Source: Eledone cirrhosa (Eukaryota). From it: 64,000 bases of DNA. The notes under the pieces are model-generated. The model did no database searches. It was not told the origin of the DNA and saw only the letters and a program-made list of their open reading frames with translations. Below are positions 50,825 to 62,800 of the stretch, piece after piece; position 1 is the stretch's first letter; the number at the start of each line of letters is the position of its first letter. Position numbers and translations under genes: made by a program. Location of the stretch: NCBI GenBank assembly GCA_964016885.1, contig OZ024749.1:11594001-11658000 (forward strand), written 5' to 3'.

Positions 50825-51829
50825 GATAAATATTGGCGTTGCATGGGATTGGATGGAAAAATTAAACTTCAAAAGTGTAGTAACACGTATAAATAAAAAA
50901 TAAAATATGTTTGTGAGTTACGCACATGGAGGGGAAACATAGGTTGTAGTTTGTGCCCTACTTCTTTGGTGACAAAAATAAACCAGTAACACCCAGTGTT
51001 ATTGTTGCTAACTGTTAGCAAGGACTTTTCCAATGGATCCATTCTGACTCCTTTTCCCCAATTAAGTTTTTTCTGGTACAACTGATATCTTATGAAATGC
51101 ACCCTTTATACTAAACATCTGTGCATCACATGCTATGCCAGTGGGGAAAAATCGATAAACCTGCATGGACCAAGCAGTAAACCATGCAATTGAAGTGGCC
51201 GTTTGAGTTGATTTTCCACTGCTAGGGGCTACAGTAGGCAGAACAACTAAAATTTTATGAGTAAAAAATGTTAAATGGAACACAATGCATAATTGGTGCA
51301 AATTTGAATAAAATTAGCTGCAAGCTGTAGAAGTTATTGACGTCAATACTTTCTTTAATTTAGTTTTTCTCACACAGTGCCCGAATTAGATAAAAACTCG
51401 AAAAACTGGTTAGTCCAAAATAATGTTTGGTACATGAGGCATCGTTGTTCCAAATTTGAAGGAAGTCGGTTGCAAACTGTAGGCGTTGTAACGATGCAGA
51501 TTTTTACGATTTGTTTTTTCTAGTCCAGGGGGTGCATTAAACAAAATGTTATGGGTCCAAAATAAAGTTGGGAACATAATGCATGTTTGCTCCAAATTTG
51601 AAGGAAATCAGATGTAAACTAGAAGTTATTGACAAAAATGATTTTTTCGAGTTGGTTTTTCTCTCATAGATGGCGCAGTAGACACAAATTTGAAAATGTA
51701 ATGAGTTTGTACGAAGGTCAGAAGCATAACGCATGTTTGTGTCAAATTTGTTGAAGAAAATCGGTTGCAAGTTGTAGAAGTTATGTGGAAACAGACACAC
51801 ACACACATAGTCTATTTTATATATATAGA
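50825..51829 (-). mobile_element. Non-autonomous Helitron-like element
   Basis: 5' A|TCTATATATATAAAAT-(GT)n on -; four CAAATTTG..TGCAA.CTGTAGAAGTTAT repeats; eroded 3' CCCATGCAACGCC resembling the 7164 hairpin. Confidence 0.55.
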
Positions 51830-53149
51830 TAAACACTCCATAAACCCTTTCGTTAACATATTTCTAATTAAAGATATTGCATATGGTTTTCAAATAATCA
51901 AGAATTTGGAGGGATTTAGTGACGTAACTAACTTTCTCATTTTTAAGTTGGTGTTTTTAGATATAAATACTTTAAAATATAGTTTTACATTGTAGAACCA
52001 AGGTTGCTTTTAGAAGATTTTCTGTGAAAAGAAATTACCTTTGTCACTCCTAGTTCATTAGTAACAACAGTGAAATCCAAACCTAGATCAAGTACATCTT
52101 CCTTGAATGTCTTCTTCTTATGGTGTCAGCATCCTCAAATATACCTCTCCAGAAGCAACCCTCTCCAATTGATCTGGCTGGATAAACAAGTGAGACCGAT
52201 TAAGCTCCTAGATGTTACCCAACCATCTTGCTCAAGGTATATATCTCTGACTCTCCTGTCTTTTCTTAGACATCAACATTTAGTTTCAATAGAGAAAGAC
52301 AGAAAAAAAGAAATGGCTTAAAATGACAAATATAAACACTTTAAAATAAACAGCTTTGTATCATAGAAAGAGGGTCAGTTTGGTATGAGAATGGACTTAA
52401 AATACTTGAGTTGTTTGAAGGTTCCTACAGAAGAATGAGCTACAAGAATGATGGAATGATGTGTTGTGATTGTATCTGTGACCATGATAATATGGATTTA
52501 TTTTTTCGGACAGTGTCAAAGATTGCCTCCATGAAGAGTTCATGGAGGAATTGTATCTTTAATACAGAGTTTAGGTTGTAGTTGGATGACACACGTATCA
52601 AGATTTTAACTCTTTTCATGCTAAACAACTTTTGGTTTTTCACATTCTCAGGTGAACTTTGCCTTTCATCTTTCCAGGGTCAACTTTCCCCCTTCCCTCC
52701 TAACTGTTGACCTTGTCCCTAAGTCAAAAGCCATTATCAAGCTGGTGTTTGGAACATAGCCGAACAAATGTTTTTAACCCTTTAGCATTTACATTAGTTT
52801 ATATGTACCATTGTATTTTTGTGGTTAAGTTTTACCTCACAATAATTATCTCACATAATATCGAATCTATGAGATTTTGATATTATTTATTTTTATAAAA
52901 ATACCTTAACATCAGTATGAGTGGCCAGTTACGGGCGGTTTAAACAGAAAAAGGTGAGAGAATTCTGGCTGAATATGGCCGGTTTAAATGCTAAAGGGTT
53001 AAATAAAATTATGAGAGATGGCTTTTAGATAAATATAACCACTTTGAAATAAACAGTCTTGTATCACAGAACCAGTTTCAGGTGATTTGGCATTAAAAGG
53101 GTCAAATAGTAGATTAGATGAATCTAGGGTTCAGTAAGAGGTGGGTTAC

Positions 53150-53735
53150 GATAGTCAACTGAAAACTTCATAGGCTGAGCAAGATACTCTCATGGAATGT
53201 GACCAAATGAGGTTTATTTTTGCAGTCCATACACTTCTTCCATTAGTGTTGCAGTGCTTGGATCCCATTGGTGAAGAAGCTTTCATCCTGTTGGTAAAAA
53301 AAGTCATCAATAGCAGATATGACGTTATCATCTCTGTGATACTGGTTCCCAACCAAGTGTTTTTTTATGTTGGGGAACAAATGATAGTCAGATGGGGTCA
53401 AATGAGGAGAATAGGGAGGGGGATCAACCAGATCTAAGCCACAGTCTCACACAGCAACTACTGAAACCAAAGACTATGCTGGAGCATTGTCCTGATGAAA
53501 CAAGACCCCCTTTCATCAGTTTTCATGAGTGTTTGATCTTGGTAGCCTTTCATAACTGCCACAGCAAGTTAACATAGTATTCTCCATTGACGGTGTGGCC
53601 CTTTTGAAGATAGTCAATAAACACAATGCTTTTTGCATCCCCAAAAACTGAGGGTATCACCTTCTCTGGAGATGAAATGACCTTGGCATTCTTTGGAGCA
53701 GGTGAGGAGGGGCGTTTCCACTGCCTGGATTGTCT
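53150..53735 (-). mobile_element. Decayed mariner transposase, 3' half
   Basis: HQDNAP, PYSPHLTPSDYHLFP, FFTNGIQALQH.WKKC on -. Confidence 0.8.
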
Positions 53736-53736
53736 C

Positions 53737-54115
53737 TTTGTCTCTCAAGTAAACAGTATCTGATCCCTCTTATCCCTAATTTCTCACTTAGTTCATTTAT
53801 GTTTTGCCGTTCACGTATATTACTATTACACATCCAACGGAGCATGCATGCTTCGTTCCTTTCCAGTCTATGCAGGTCCTCTGCACACAATGCCCATGTC
53901 TCACTGCCATGTAGCATTGCTGTTCGTATGCAGGCATCATACAATTTGCCTTTCATTTTTAGAGAGAAACCTTTTGTGGCCAACAACAGTATAAGCTCTC
54001 TGAACTTTTTCCATCCTATTCTAACTCTGTCTACTGTACTTTCAGAGCACCCTCCACCACTGCTGATTTTGTCACCCAGGTAATGGAAAGTGTCCACTAT
54101 TTTTATAGAACCATT
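53737..54115 (-). mobile_element. RTE RT C-terminal fragment
   Basis: FHYLGD, GWKKFREL, MLHGSETWAL. Confidence 0.85.
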
Positions 54116-54252
54116 GAACCATTTCTATCAAATTTATCGAACCTTACTGCCAAATTGTTAATTTGATAAATGTAATGTATGCAGTTCATTTTCTTGTCGT
54201 CTCTCCATGTTCATCGTCCATTTACCTATCAGTATTTAAACTTCTGGTGGTT

Positions 54253-54610
54253 TTCTGCTAGCATGTGTAGTATGTATATTAATATCATACGCAAGTATAT
54301 ATGATAGATCAAATAAAATCGCAATTGACAATATACACAGAAATTGAATGAAGACTGTGTTACACTGTCTTATGTAATCAGTAATATAATCCATGATACA
54401 TTAAAAAAGACAATATTATATATAAACTGCATTAGGAGAAAATTAGTGATAGAAATATATGCATATTTATTTAAGTGATCGCTAACCGGAAGTGTTGACA
54501 TTTGAAAATTTTAAAGAAGTGAATCTTTAAATAAGTAATAAAATATATTTAATGAACAGCCACGAAATTTAGTAGATAAATTATATAATATTCATTCATT
54601 ATTTATTCAA
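54253..54610. repeat. Local duplicated segment: inverted copy at 63232-63603, partial tandem inverted copies at ~59296-59692
   Basis: High-identity reverse-complement match containing ACCGGAAGT. Confidence 0.85.
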
Positions 54611-55467
54611 AGTGGATTAGCAGTATCGGTAGAGGGTTGGACGCCATGCTTTCCAGCATAGTTACGTCCCTTTACGGTCTGAGTTCAAATCCCGCCGAGG
54701 TTAACTTTGCCTTTCATCCTTACGGGGTCGATAAAATAAAGTTTTCTCATCAGTTGCCTCCTGGGGGTCTTGGATATTTCAACGCTTTGGTGAGGGTCAT
54801 ATTGTTTTAATATTGCCAGAAATAATAAAACACTCAATGTTTGGTTTGGATTGGTTTTCACTTCTGTATCCTTTATATCTTCATAGTTAATTTATCTGCC
54901 AATCAATGTTTCTCATTGATTGGCCTGCAGTTAAAGATACAGATATATATATAGTCTATCAAAGTTCTTTCATCACACACCTATGACATCATCAGTGATA
55001 CTATTATGGTTCCTCCTATTGTATTGTAATGTCTATGCTATTTTTATTTAATTTTATTTAGCCAAACTGGGAGTGTAGTTTATTATTATTTCTGGTAATA
55101 GTATAACGATATTACCCTCCCTAAATATAACAATATTTGTGGCAACACTCGATTTCATATCAAAAACCTTGCAAAACACGCCCACACACACATATATGTG
55201 TGTGTGTGTGTGTGTGTGTGTACCTGCCAGACAGTCCACGCTGTAATGTGGCCGTGTAGGCAACACGGTAAAAACCTCCCAGCCCCACACTGTAAATGTG
55301 GTTGGTGTTAGGAAGGGCATCCAACTGTAGAAAACCCGCCAGACAGTCCTATGCGAGCAAGACAACCACTCTTGCCTCAAGTGGGAAAACCCCCGTCCAA
55401 ACCCATGCAAGCGTGGAACACGGACGCTAAACCTGATGATGATGATGTTGAATATATATATATATAT

Positions 55468-55742
55468 GCAGAAGTTATATTTAATTTATTGGGATTCAAC
55501 AAGCTTAAACATTTTTATAACTGATATAAAGCACTCAACAGTTAGTGGAGTAAATATTCAATATATTAATAAATGGAAACTATATTTATAAAACCATAAT
55601 TATTTTATTATATATATTTCAAGGGCAACCAAGGCAAACCGCAACCATTAAGGTTGTCTTTAGGCGGGTATGTCAATATTTATAAAACAAATTTGTATTT
55701 TATCTGATGAAAGCGCACCAAAAATTGCTCTTGAAATATATA
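55468..55742. mobile_element. Family B element: - strand tail and half-ribozyme joined to an inverted + strand hammerhead (55696-55742)
   Basis: AGCACTC at 55530-55536; TATTTTAT-CTGATGA (55704)-...-GAAA (55733)-TATATA running into (TA)n. Confidence 0.7.
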
Positions 55743-55782
55743 TATATATATATACACCACATACACTGCTATATATATATAT

Positions 55783-55813
<31 letters not shown>

Positions 55814-55814
55814 C

Positions 55815-58576
55815 ACTAAATCCCTCCCCCATGAAGAATGCACCTCCCAACATAGACTGATAATTAGCGACCTCATAGTCAGGACGAGACGTACTCGACA
55901 GCAGAAGAGGACTATCCTCAGGAGAAAAATATGGAAGCTAAAGGACCCCACAGCCAGGAATAAATTTCAAAGCATATTACTTGATGCTTTCGACAGTAAG
56001 GAAGAACATTTAGAGTCGGACAATATAGAGGGAGAGTGGGAATTTCTGAAAGCAAACCTGCTGTTGGCGACAGACGAAGTCTGTGGCTGGAGCAGGCCTG
56101 TAGGCAGGAGGAGAGTAACATGGTGGTGGAACAGTAAGGTGGAGGGGTCAATTAAGGCCAAAAAGCAGGCTTGGAAAGTATGGCGGGATGGGGGAAGTAG
56201 AGAAGACTATCAAGTGGCCAGGAGGGAAGCTAGGAGACAAGTGTACTTAGCAAGAAGGGAAGCTGAGGAAAGAAAGTTCAAGCATGTTCTACAACGCGAT
56301 GACCAAAAACGTGAGGTGTTCAGGATTGCTAGGCAATGCGTCAAGGAAAACCGTGATATTGTCGGGGAGAAGTGTGTACTAAACGACGATGGCACACTTG
56401 CCATCACCGACGCTGATAAGAAGGTAGCTTGGAAGTGTCACTATGAAAGGCTACTAAATGAGGAGAATAAATGGGAGAAAGACAGTCTCCCCCATATCGA
56501 CCCAATAGAGGGACCAGCAGTGTTAGTCGAGGGGAGTATAATAAGTAAGGCAATCAAGGATATGAAGACGGGTAAGGCGGCTGGGCCTTCGGAAATAGTT
56601 GCTGAGATGCTGAAGGCATCTGGCACGGTGGGACACACCATGGTCACCCGCATAGTTAACCAAGTCGTACAGAATGGGGTTGTTCCGAAGGACTGGCATA
56701 GCAGCAGCATCGTTAACTGTTATAAGGGTAAAGGAGACGCCCTAGATAGGAGTAACTATAGAGGCATTAAATTAATCGACCAGGTCATGAAGGTCACGGA
56801 AAAAGTAATAGCGCAACTAATCAGAGAGAGAATTGACCTAGATGAAATGCAGTTCGGGTTTGTGTCAGGCAAAAGTACCACAGACGCTCTTTTCATAGTA
56901 CGACAACTACAGGAGAAGTACCTAGCTAAAGGTAAACCCCTCTACTTAGCTTTTGTCGACTTGGAGAAAGCCTTCGACAGAGTCCCCCGCTCCATTATCT
57001 GGTGGGCTCTTAGAAAACTAGGCGTTGACGAATGGCTTGTGAGGGCTATACAAGCCATGTATAAAGAAACAGTCAGCAAGGTTAGAATTAACAACGAATA
57101 TAGTGAAGAGTTTAGCGTAAAAGTTGGCGTCCATCAGGGCTCTGTTCTCAGCCCCCTACTATTTATTATTGCCCTTCAGGCTATAACAGAGGAGTTCAAG
57201 ACAGGCTGCCCATGGGAACTCCTATACGCAGACGACCTGACACTCATAGCGGAATCAATGGCCGAGCTAGAGAAGAAATTCCAAACATGGAAGCACGGCC
57301 TAGAGTCAAAAGGACTTAAAATTAACCTGGCTAAGACCAAAGTTCTAGTTTGTAGGAAAGAAAACAAGGCGGCGGTCCCTTCTGGGAAATGGTCATGCTC
57401 GGTGTGTAGGAAAGGCGTAGGTAGAAACTCCATTTTATGTCCTAAATGCAAAGTATGGGTGCATAAAAGATGTAGTGGGATCACAGGTAAGCTAACTAAG
57501 AACATAGATTTTACATGTGGCCGGTGTTCTGGTGCAATAAGTAGCAGCAAGTGCCCACAAAATACTAGCTCTTTCAATTGCGCAGAGGGTTCTATAGAAA
57601 TAGTGGACAGCTTCCGTTACCTGGGCGATAAAATCAGCAGTGGGGGAGGGTGCTCTGAAAGTACGGTAGCTAGAGTCAGAACTGGTTGGAAAAAGTTCAG
57701 AGAGCTTATACCACTATTAGCTGCTAAAGGGTTCTCCCTAAAAATGAAAGGCAGGTTGTACGATGCCTGCATACGAACAGCAATGCTGCATGGCAGTGAG
57801 ACCTGGGCATTGTGTGCAGAGGATATACGCAGACTAGAGAGGAACGAAGCTTGCATGCTCCGCTGGATGTGTAACAGTAATATACGTGAACGGCAAAGCA
57901 TAAACGAACTAAGGAAAAAATTAGAGATAAGAGGGATCAGATGTTGTTTACTCGAGAGAAGGCTACGTTGGTATGGACACGTGATGCGCATGAAAGTCGA
58001 TAACTGTATAACAAAGTGCAGGGCAATAAAGATAGACGGTAGTCACGGAATAGGCAGACCTAGAAAAACCTGGGACGAGCTGATAAACTCCGACATCACA
58101 CACTTACACCTCTCCAAGACAATGTCACTGGACCGAGACCTTTGGCGGTACTCAGTAACAGAGAAGACCCGCCTTACCTAAATATATAGTAAAACCTACT
58201 CCAGCCAGTAGGCATCTCTAACAAAATACACCACGTCCCACCACCACCACCCCCACCCCATCCACACCACCCCGTTCTATGTAAAGTTATGTTGGTGCCG
58301 TGCCATCCAGGCCGAAACAAATGAGATCGTGTAGGTGTCACGACAAAAAAACACACAGTCCACGCTGTAATGTGGCCATGTAGGCAACACGGTAAAAACC
58401 TCCCAGACCCACACTGTAAATGTGGTTGGTGTTAGGAAGGGCATCCAACTGTAGAAAACCTGCCAGACAGTCCTATGCGAGCAAGACAATCACTCTTACC
58501 TCAAGTGGGACTACCCCCGTCCAAACCCATGCAAGCGTGGAACACGGACGTTAAACGTTGATGATGATGATGATGA

Positions 58577-58580
<4 letters not shown>
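55815..58580 (+). mobile_element. 5'-truncated young RTE LINE
   Basis: Open RT ORF, 3' UTR, (GAT)n tail, (TA)n flanks. Confidence 0.95.
56064..58181 (+). CDS. RTE reverse transcriptase ORF (endonuclease missing), with a PHD-like Cys/His insert
   Basis: NYRGIKL, QFGF, DLEKAFD, QGSVLSP, YADD, CSVC..C..C..WVH..C..C..C. Confidence 0.85.
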   Translation: MATDEVCGWSRPVGRRRVTWWWNSKVEGSIKAKKQAWKVWRDGGSREDYQVARREARRQVYLARREAEERKFKHVLQRDDQKREVFRIARQCVKENRDIVGEKCVLNDDGTLAITDADKKVAWKCHYERLLNEENKWEKDSLPHIDPIEGPAVLVEGSIISKAIKDMKTGKAAGPSEIVAEMLKASGTVGHTMVTRIVNQVVQNGVVPKDWHSSSIVNCYKGKGDALDRSNYRGIKLIDQVMKVTEKVIAQLIRERIDLDEMQFGFVSGKSTTDALFIVRQLQEKYLAKGKPLYLAFVDLEKAFDRVPRSIIWWALRKLGVDEWLVRAIQAMYKETVSKVRINNEYSEEFSVKVGVHQGSVLSPLLFIIALQAITEEFKTGCPWELLYADDLTLIAESMAELEKKFQTWKHGLESKGLKINLAKTKVLVCRKENKAAVPSGKWSCSVCRKGVGRNSILCPKCKVWVHKRCSGITGKLTKNIDFTCGRCSGAISSSKCPQNTSSFNCAEGSIEIVDSFRYLGDKISSGGGCSESTVARVRTGWKKFRELIPLLAAKGFSLKMKGRLYDACIRTAMLHGSETWALCAEDIRRLERNEACMLRWMCNSNIRERQSINELRKKLEIRGIRCCLLERRLRWYGHVMRMKVDNCITKCRAIKIDGSHGIGRPRKTWDELINSDITHLHLSKTMSLDRDLWRYSVTEKTRLT

Positions 58581-58619
<39 letters not shown>

Positions 58620-58628
<9 letters not shown>

Positions 58629-58698
58629 CAAGGGCTACCAAGGCAAATTTTGGTGCGCTTTCATCAGATAAAATACAAATTTGTTTTATTGACATACA
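58620..58698 (-). ncRNA. Family B hammerhead 5' portion ending at the cleavage site in (TA)n
   Basis: TATTTTAT-CTGATGA-AAGCGCACCAA..TTGGTAGCCCTT-GAAA-TATATA(TA)n on -. Confidence 0.65.
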
Positions 58699-58699
58699 T

Positions 58700-58773
<74 letters not shown>

Positions 58774-59062
58774 ATATATATTATATATATATATATATTA
58801 TATATATATATATTATATATATATGCATATACATATATATATATATAAATGAGAGGTATAGAGATTGTTTTAGCGAGAAGCTAATAGTATTCTATAACAT
58901 ATATATATACTAATTGTTTCTACTTTAGGCACAAGGCCAGCAATACCCAGTGCGTTACTGGTACTTTATTTCATCGACCCCGTAAGGATATATAGTAATA
59001 ATAATAAATTTGAAGACTAAAATTCAAAGAGGGCTCGATAAGGATAAATATATTTTAATATA

Positions 59063-59100
<38 letters not shown>

Positions 59101-59699
59101 CACACACACTGCTAGACATTTTATTGTTATATGCTAGGTATAGTTTTCAGATATCTTCTACATTAACCATAATATTTCACTGTAGTTTCTTTTACATTTG
59201 AAAGACAAAGTTGCCTCCGATTGTTTACAGACTGAGAAGAGAAAAGTTCTAATATAATTTCTAAACCGTGTATAAAAATATAATAATAACCAAAATGATC
59301 GTTTAAATAAATATTCATATATTTCTGTCACTAATTTTCTCCCAATGCAGTTTATATATAATATTGTCTTTTTTTAATGTATCATGGATTACATTACTGA
59401 GTACATAAGACAGTGTAACACAGTCTTCGTTCAATTTCTGTTTATATTGTCAATTACGATTTTATTTGATCATATCTAGATGTATATATACTTGTGTATA
59501 ATATCAATATACACACTACACATGCTAGCAGATATATAATATCGTCTTTTTTTAATATATCATGGATTACGTTACTGATTACATAAGACAGTGTAACACA
59601 GTCTTCATTCAATTTCTGTTTATATTGTCAATTACGATTTTATTTGATGTATCATATATACTTGCGTATAATATCAATATACATACTACACACTTTAAA

Positions 59700-60970
59700 G
59701 CAAGTTAATACGCTCGAGGCATTACCACGAGGGATGGCGAGGCTAAAGCGCTGAAATAATCAGGCACCCTCACGGGCATCACGTGACACCTCAGTAAGGC
59801 CGGGTGATGACGAGGCTAAGGAGCTGAAATAACCCGGCACCCTTACGGGCATCACCTGACACCTCATAAGGTGAGCCGTCAGTGATGACAAGAACTTCGC
59901 TGTAAGCGGCCCAACTCCTCCAAACGTCACAGGCTGGAAAAAATAATTATTTGATAAGTCCTGGTATTTCCTAATTTTATTCCATTCGGCAGCGGAAGCA
60001 GTGACCCCCCACATTCACTGCGGCGTCCATGATGTGGGAGGGAGTAAAAGAGTCAGTGACTGTGGCATCCATTATGAGACACCTACCTGATACCAGGGTG
60101 AAAGGGTAAGGCCGTTTGGTCTTTTCCCATCACTTCTGGATAAACCAGCCGGCTCCAGAACTGTGGGGTTATTTACCATCGTTTGTTTGATGATCACGTT
60201 TAACTTGGTGAGGCAGACAAAACAAACAGCATTCAGGCGGCAGGAGAAACCATGTAAACCTGTGGAGTCGAGAACCTACCACAGCGGTGTCTCAGACGCC
60301 GGCTCCCACAGACGATGGCACCCACACGGAGTGCAATGGAGATGCGGAGTTTGTCCTGACTGAGAAGGTCAACAATGTTGGCAACAGGCAGGGCATTAAT
60401 CTACTCCCCCGAGAACCTTGTGTTAGCAGAAAGTAAGCGGCATGTAGAAAATTGATCGGAAAGATCAAAGAGAGAGTTAAAAGTTTCCCTTGAACACATT
60501 GTCCCATACTCTCTGCTTCCGTCTATTCTCATCAGTAACGGCGACTGACAGACCCAGCTCTTTCCACTATAGTAAAGCTTCATCCAACTCCCTGGTGGAA
60601 CTAGTCCAAGTTGGGAAGGAGAGGATGTCACCCACCAAAGGGGATCAAGTGTGGATGGTTGAAAGAAAGCAAGGTAGGGACAATGAAGTACACTAACGCA
60701 AACCGAGACCTCCAAACCGTTTGGGTAAGGTAGCTTGGTCGTGGGACTCTGGAGAGAGTCGGACATTGACCAAACCCTCGAGCTCACTGAATATTAGGTC
60801 GTCGAAGTGTTCGAGAGACGATGAGAATTTGTAAAAGGGACTAACTCTAAGGAAATACCACAACTTGGGGATTGACAGATGATTCCGAAGAATGAAAATG
60901 CGTGGTGAGGCTCAATGTCTTCGAGGTTTTCTAAAAGTTGCTTGAGGTTAGCCAACTTAGATTAAAAGAA
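59700..60970 (-). mobile_element. Decayed CRE-like non-LTR retrotransposon (post-RT region and RLE domain)
   Basis: GLSRSDGKRPNGLTL, DATVTD, AEWNKIRKYQDL..YFFQP..GGVGP; duplicated C-terminal segment at 59720-59870. Confidence 0.7.
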
Positions 60971-61329
60971 TACACACACATATATATATACATATGTGTG
61001 AATGTATGTATATATATGTGTGTGTGTGTATTAGGTATACATGTCTTTATTTATATATATATAAATACAGACATATATAAAGGCATGTATATATATATAT
61101 ATAAAAACATGCCTTTATATATATCTGTATTATATATATATATGTCTATGTTATATATATATATATTTCGTTTCTGAACATGACCCTTCCAAAGTTTAAC
61201 AATATATATATTTATCTACATAATTTGCTCCTATTTTCACGGAAATATTCGTATTTTTGTACTGTATATGTGTGTTAATTTTATATTTATGTATATACAT
61301 ATATATGTATGATTTTATAACCCCATATA

Positions 61330-61600
61330 CATTTAGTTGAGCTCTTTCTATTGTCCATTATCCATATCACAATGGAAAAACAATACTTGGGAACCTCTTT
61401 AAAGAATATACCAATACCTTCTAAGGATGACTTCTTACTCCTTATGATACAGAAAACTAACCAATTTATCAGAAGAGTTAGATGGAGGGCCTACCACTTC
61501 GATAAAAAATCTAAATATGCAGATAGGAAATATATGTATGATTTCACTACTTACAAGAATCCACCACACAACTCTCTACTTGAAGACTTTGAGAATTTGA
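61330..61600 (+). mobile_element. Penelope-like element ORF N-terminal fragment
   Basis: SLKNIPIPSK..LL.MI.K...FIRRVRWRA.HF, a typical start of these ORFs. Confidence 0.7.
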
Positions 61601-61851
61601 ACTCTGTTCCCAAACAGACCTGTAATTTTGAATTGTTGTTATTATCAATAAATATATTTCATTATTTCTGAAGACGGTATATGTATGTATATTATATTTG
61701 ATAGTTTGTATAATTTTGTACATAGATCTGTTGAATATGCATGCCAATTCTAACACATATATGTCCTAGAAACGATCGTTAAATAATGAACTTTTTTTGT
61801 TTAATATAAGGAACTGTTTCATTGTTTTATTCATTATTTTTTTAAACATTT

Positions 61852-61889
<38 letters not shown>

Positions 61890-61890
<1 letters not shown>

Positions 61891-62077
61891 TATTGAAGTT
61901 TCCGTTGAAAATTGAAAAAGAGTGCTCTATGTAAGTACCAGAGCAAAATTTAATGTATAATAAACAATACAATATAATTACCTCATTACCAGAGGTTTCC
62001 CGAACAAGACGAATACGAAAAACATCCTCATTCGTTCATCTGGTAATGAAGTAATTATATTGTATTGTTTATTATAC

Positions 62078-62082
<5 letters not shown>
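61890..62082 (-). mobile_element. Small fold-back element of the 29399 family
   Basis: Arms 61951-61993/62039-62081; GAAA-CCTCTGG-TA stem III on -; GAGCACT at 61921-61927; (TA)n flanks. Confidence 0.7.
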
Positions 62083-62137
<55 letters not shown>

Positions 62138-62424
62138 TACATACACACAGACATGATAAATCCAGTGAAGCAGACGAGATATTTCCATTTTCGTTCATTC
62201 GAGATCTTTCGTCGTCAATGAAACTTAAAGGAAAATACGGAGAAACTCTAACATAACTCACATCAGAAGATATTTCCGTTTTTATCTTCATGTTTGTCAT
62301 GATCAGACGTTCCACATTGGACCATCTCTTCCGTATATATACGACTGTCTTCTCTCTGTTATATTATATTATATATTATAATGTACTGGGTAATTGCTGG
62401 CCTTGTGCCAAAAAGTAGAAACAA

Positions 62425-62800
62425 TTATATATTATATTGTATTATATTGTATTATATTATATTATATTATATTGTATTGTATTATATTGTATCATATCAT
62501 ATTATATTATATTACATTATAGTACCAGTAATGCACTGGGTAATTGCTGGCTTTGTGCCTAACGTAGAAACAATTATATTATATTATAATATATTACATT
62601 GCATTATATTATAATATATTATATTATATTATATTATATATTATATCATATTATATTATATTATATTATATTATAATACATTATATTACATTGCATTATA
62701 TTATATTATATTATATTATAATATATTACATTGCATTATATTATATTACATTACATTATATCATATTATATTACATTATATCATATTACATTATATTACA
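62425..62800. repeat. (TATAT/TACAT)n pentamer microsatellite; a similar tract lies at 63620-63760
   Basis: Direct inspection. Confidence 0.9.

Noticed and set aside
62079-62315. First exon of a - strand gene
   Set aside because: Only a plausible donor and an IKTE motif; no downstream exon could be linked, so it is not listed as a feature.
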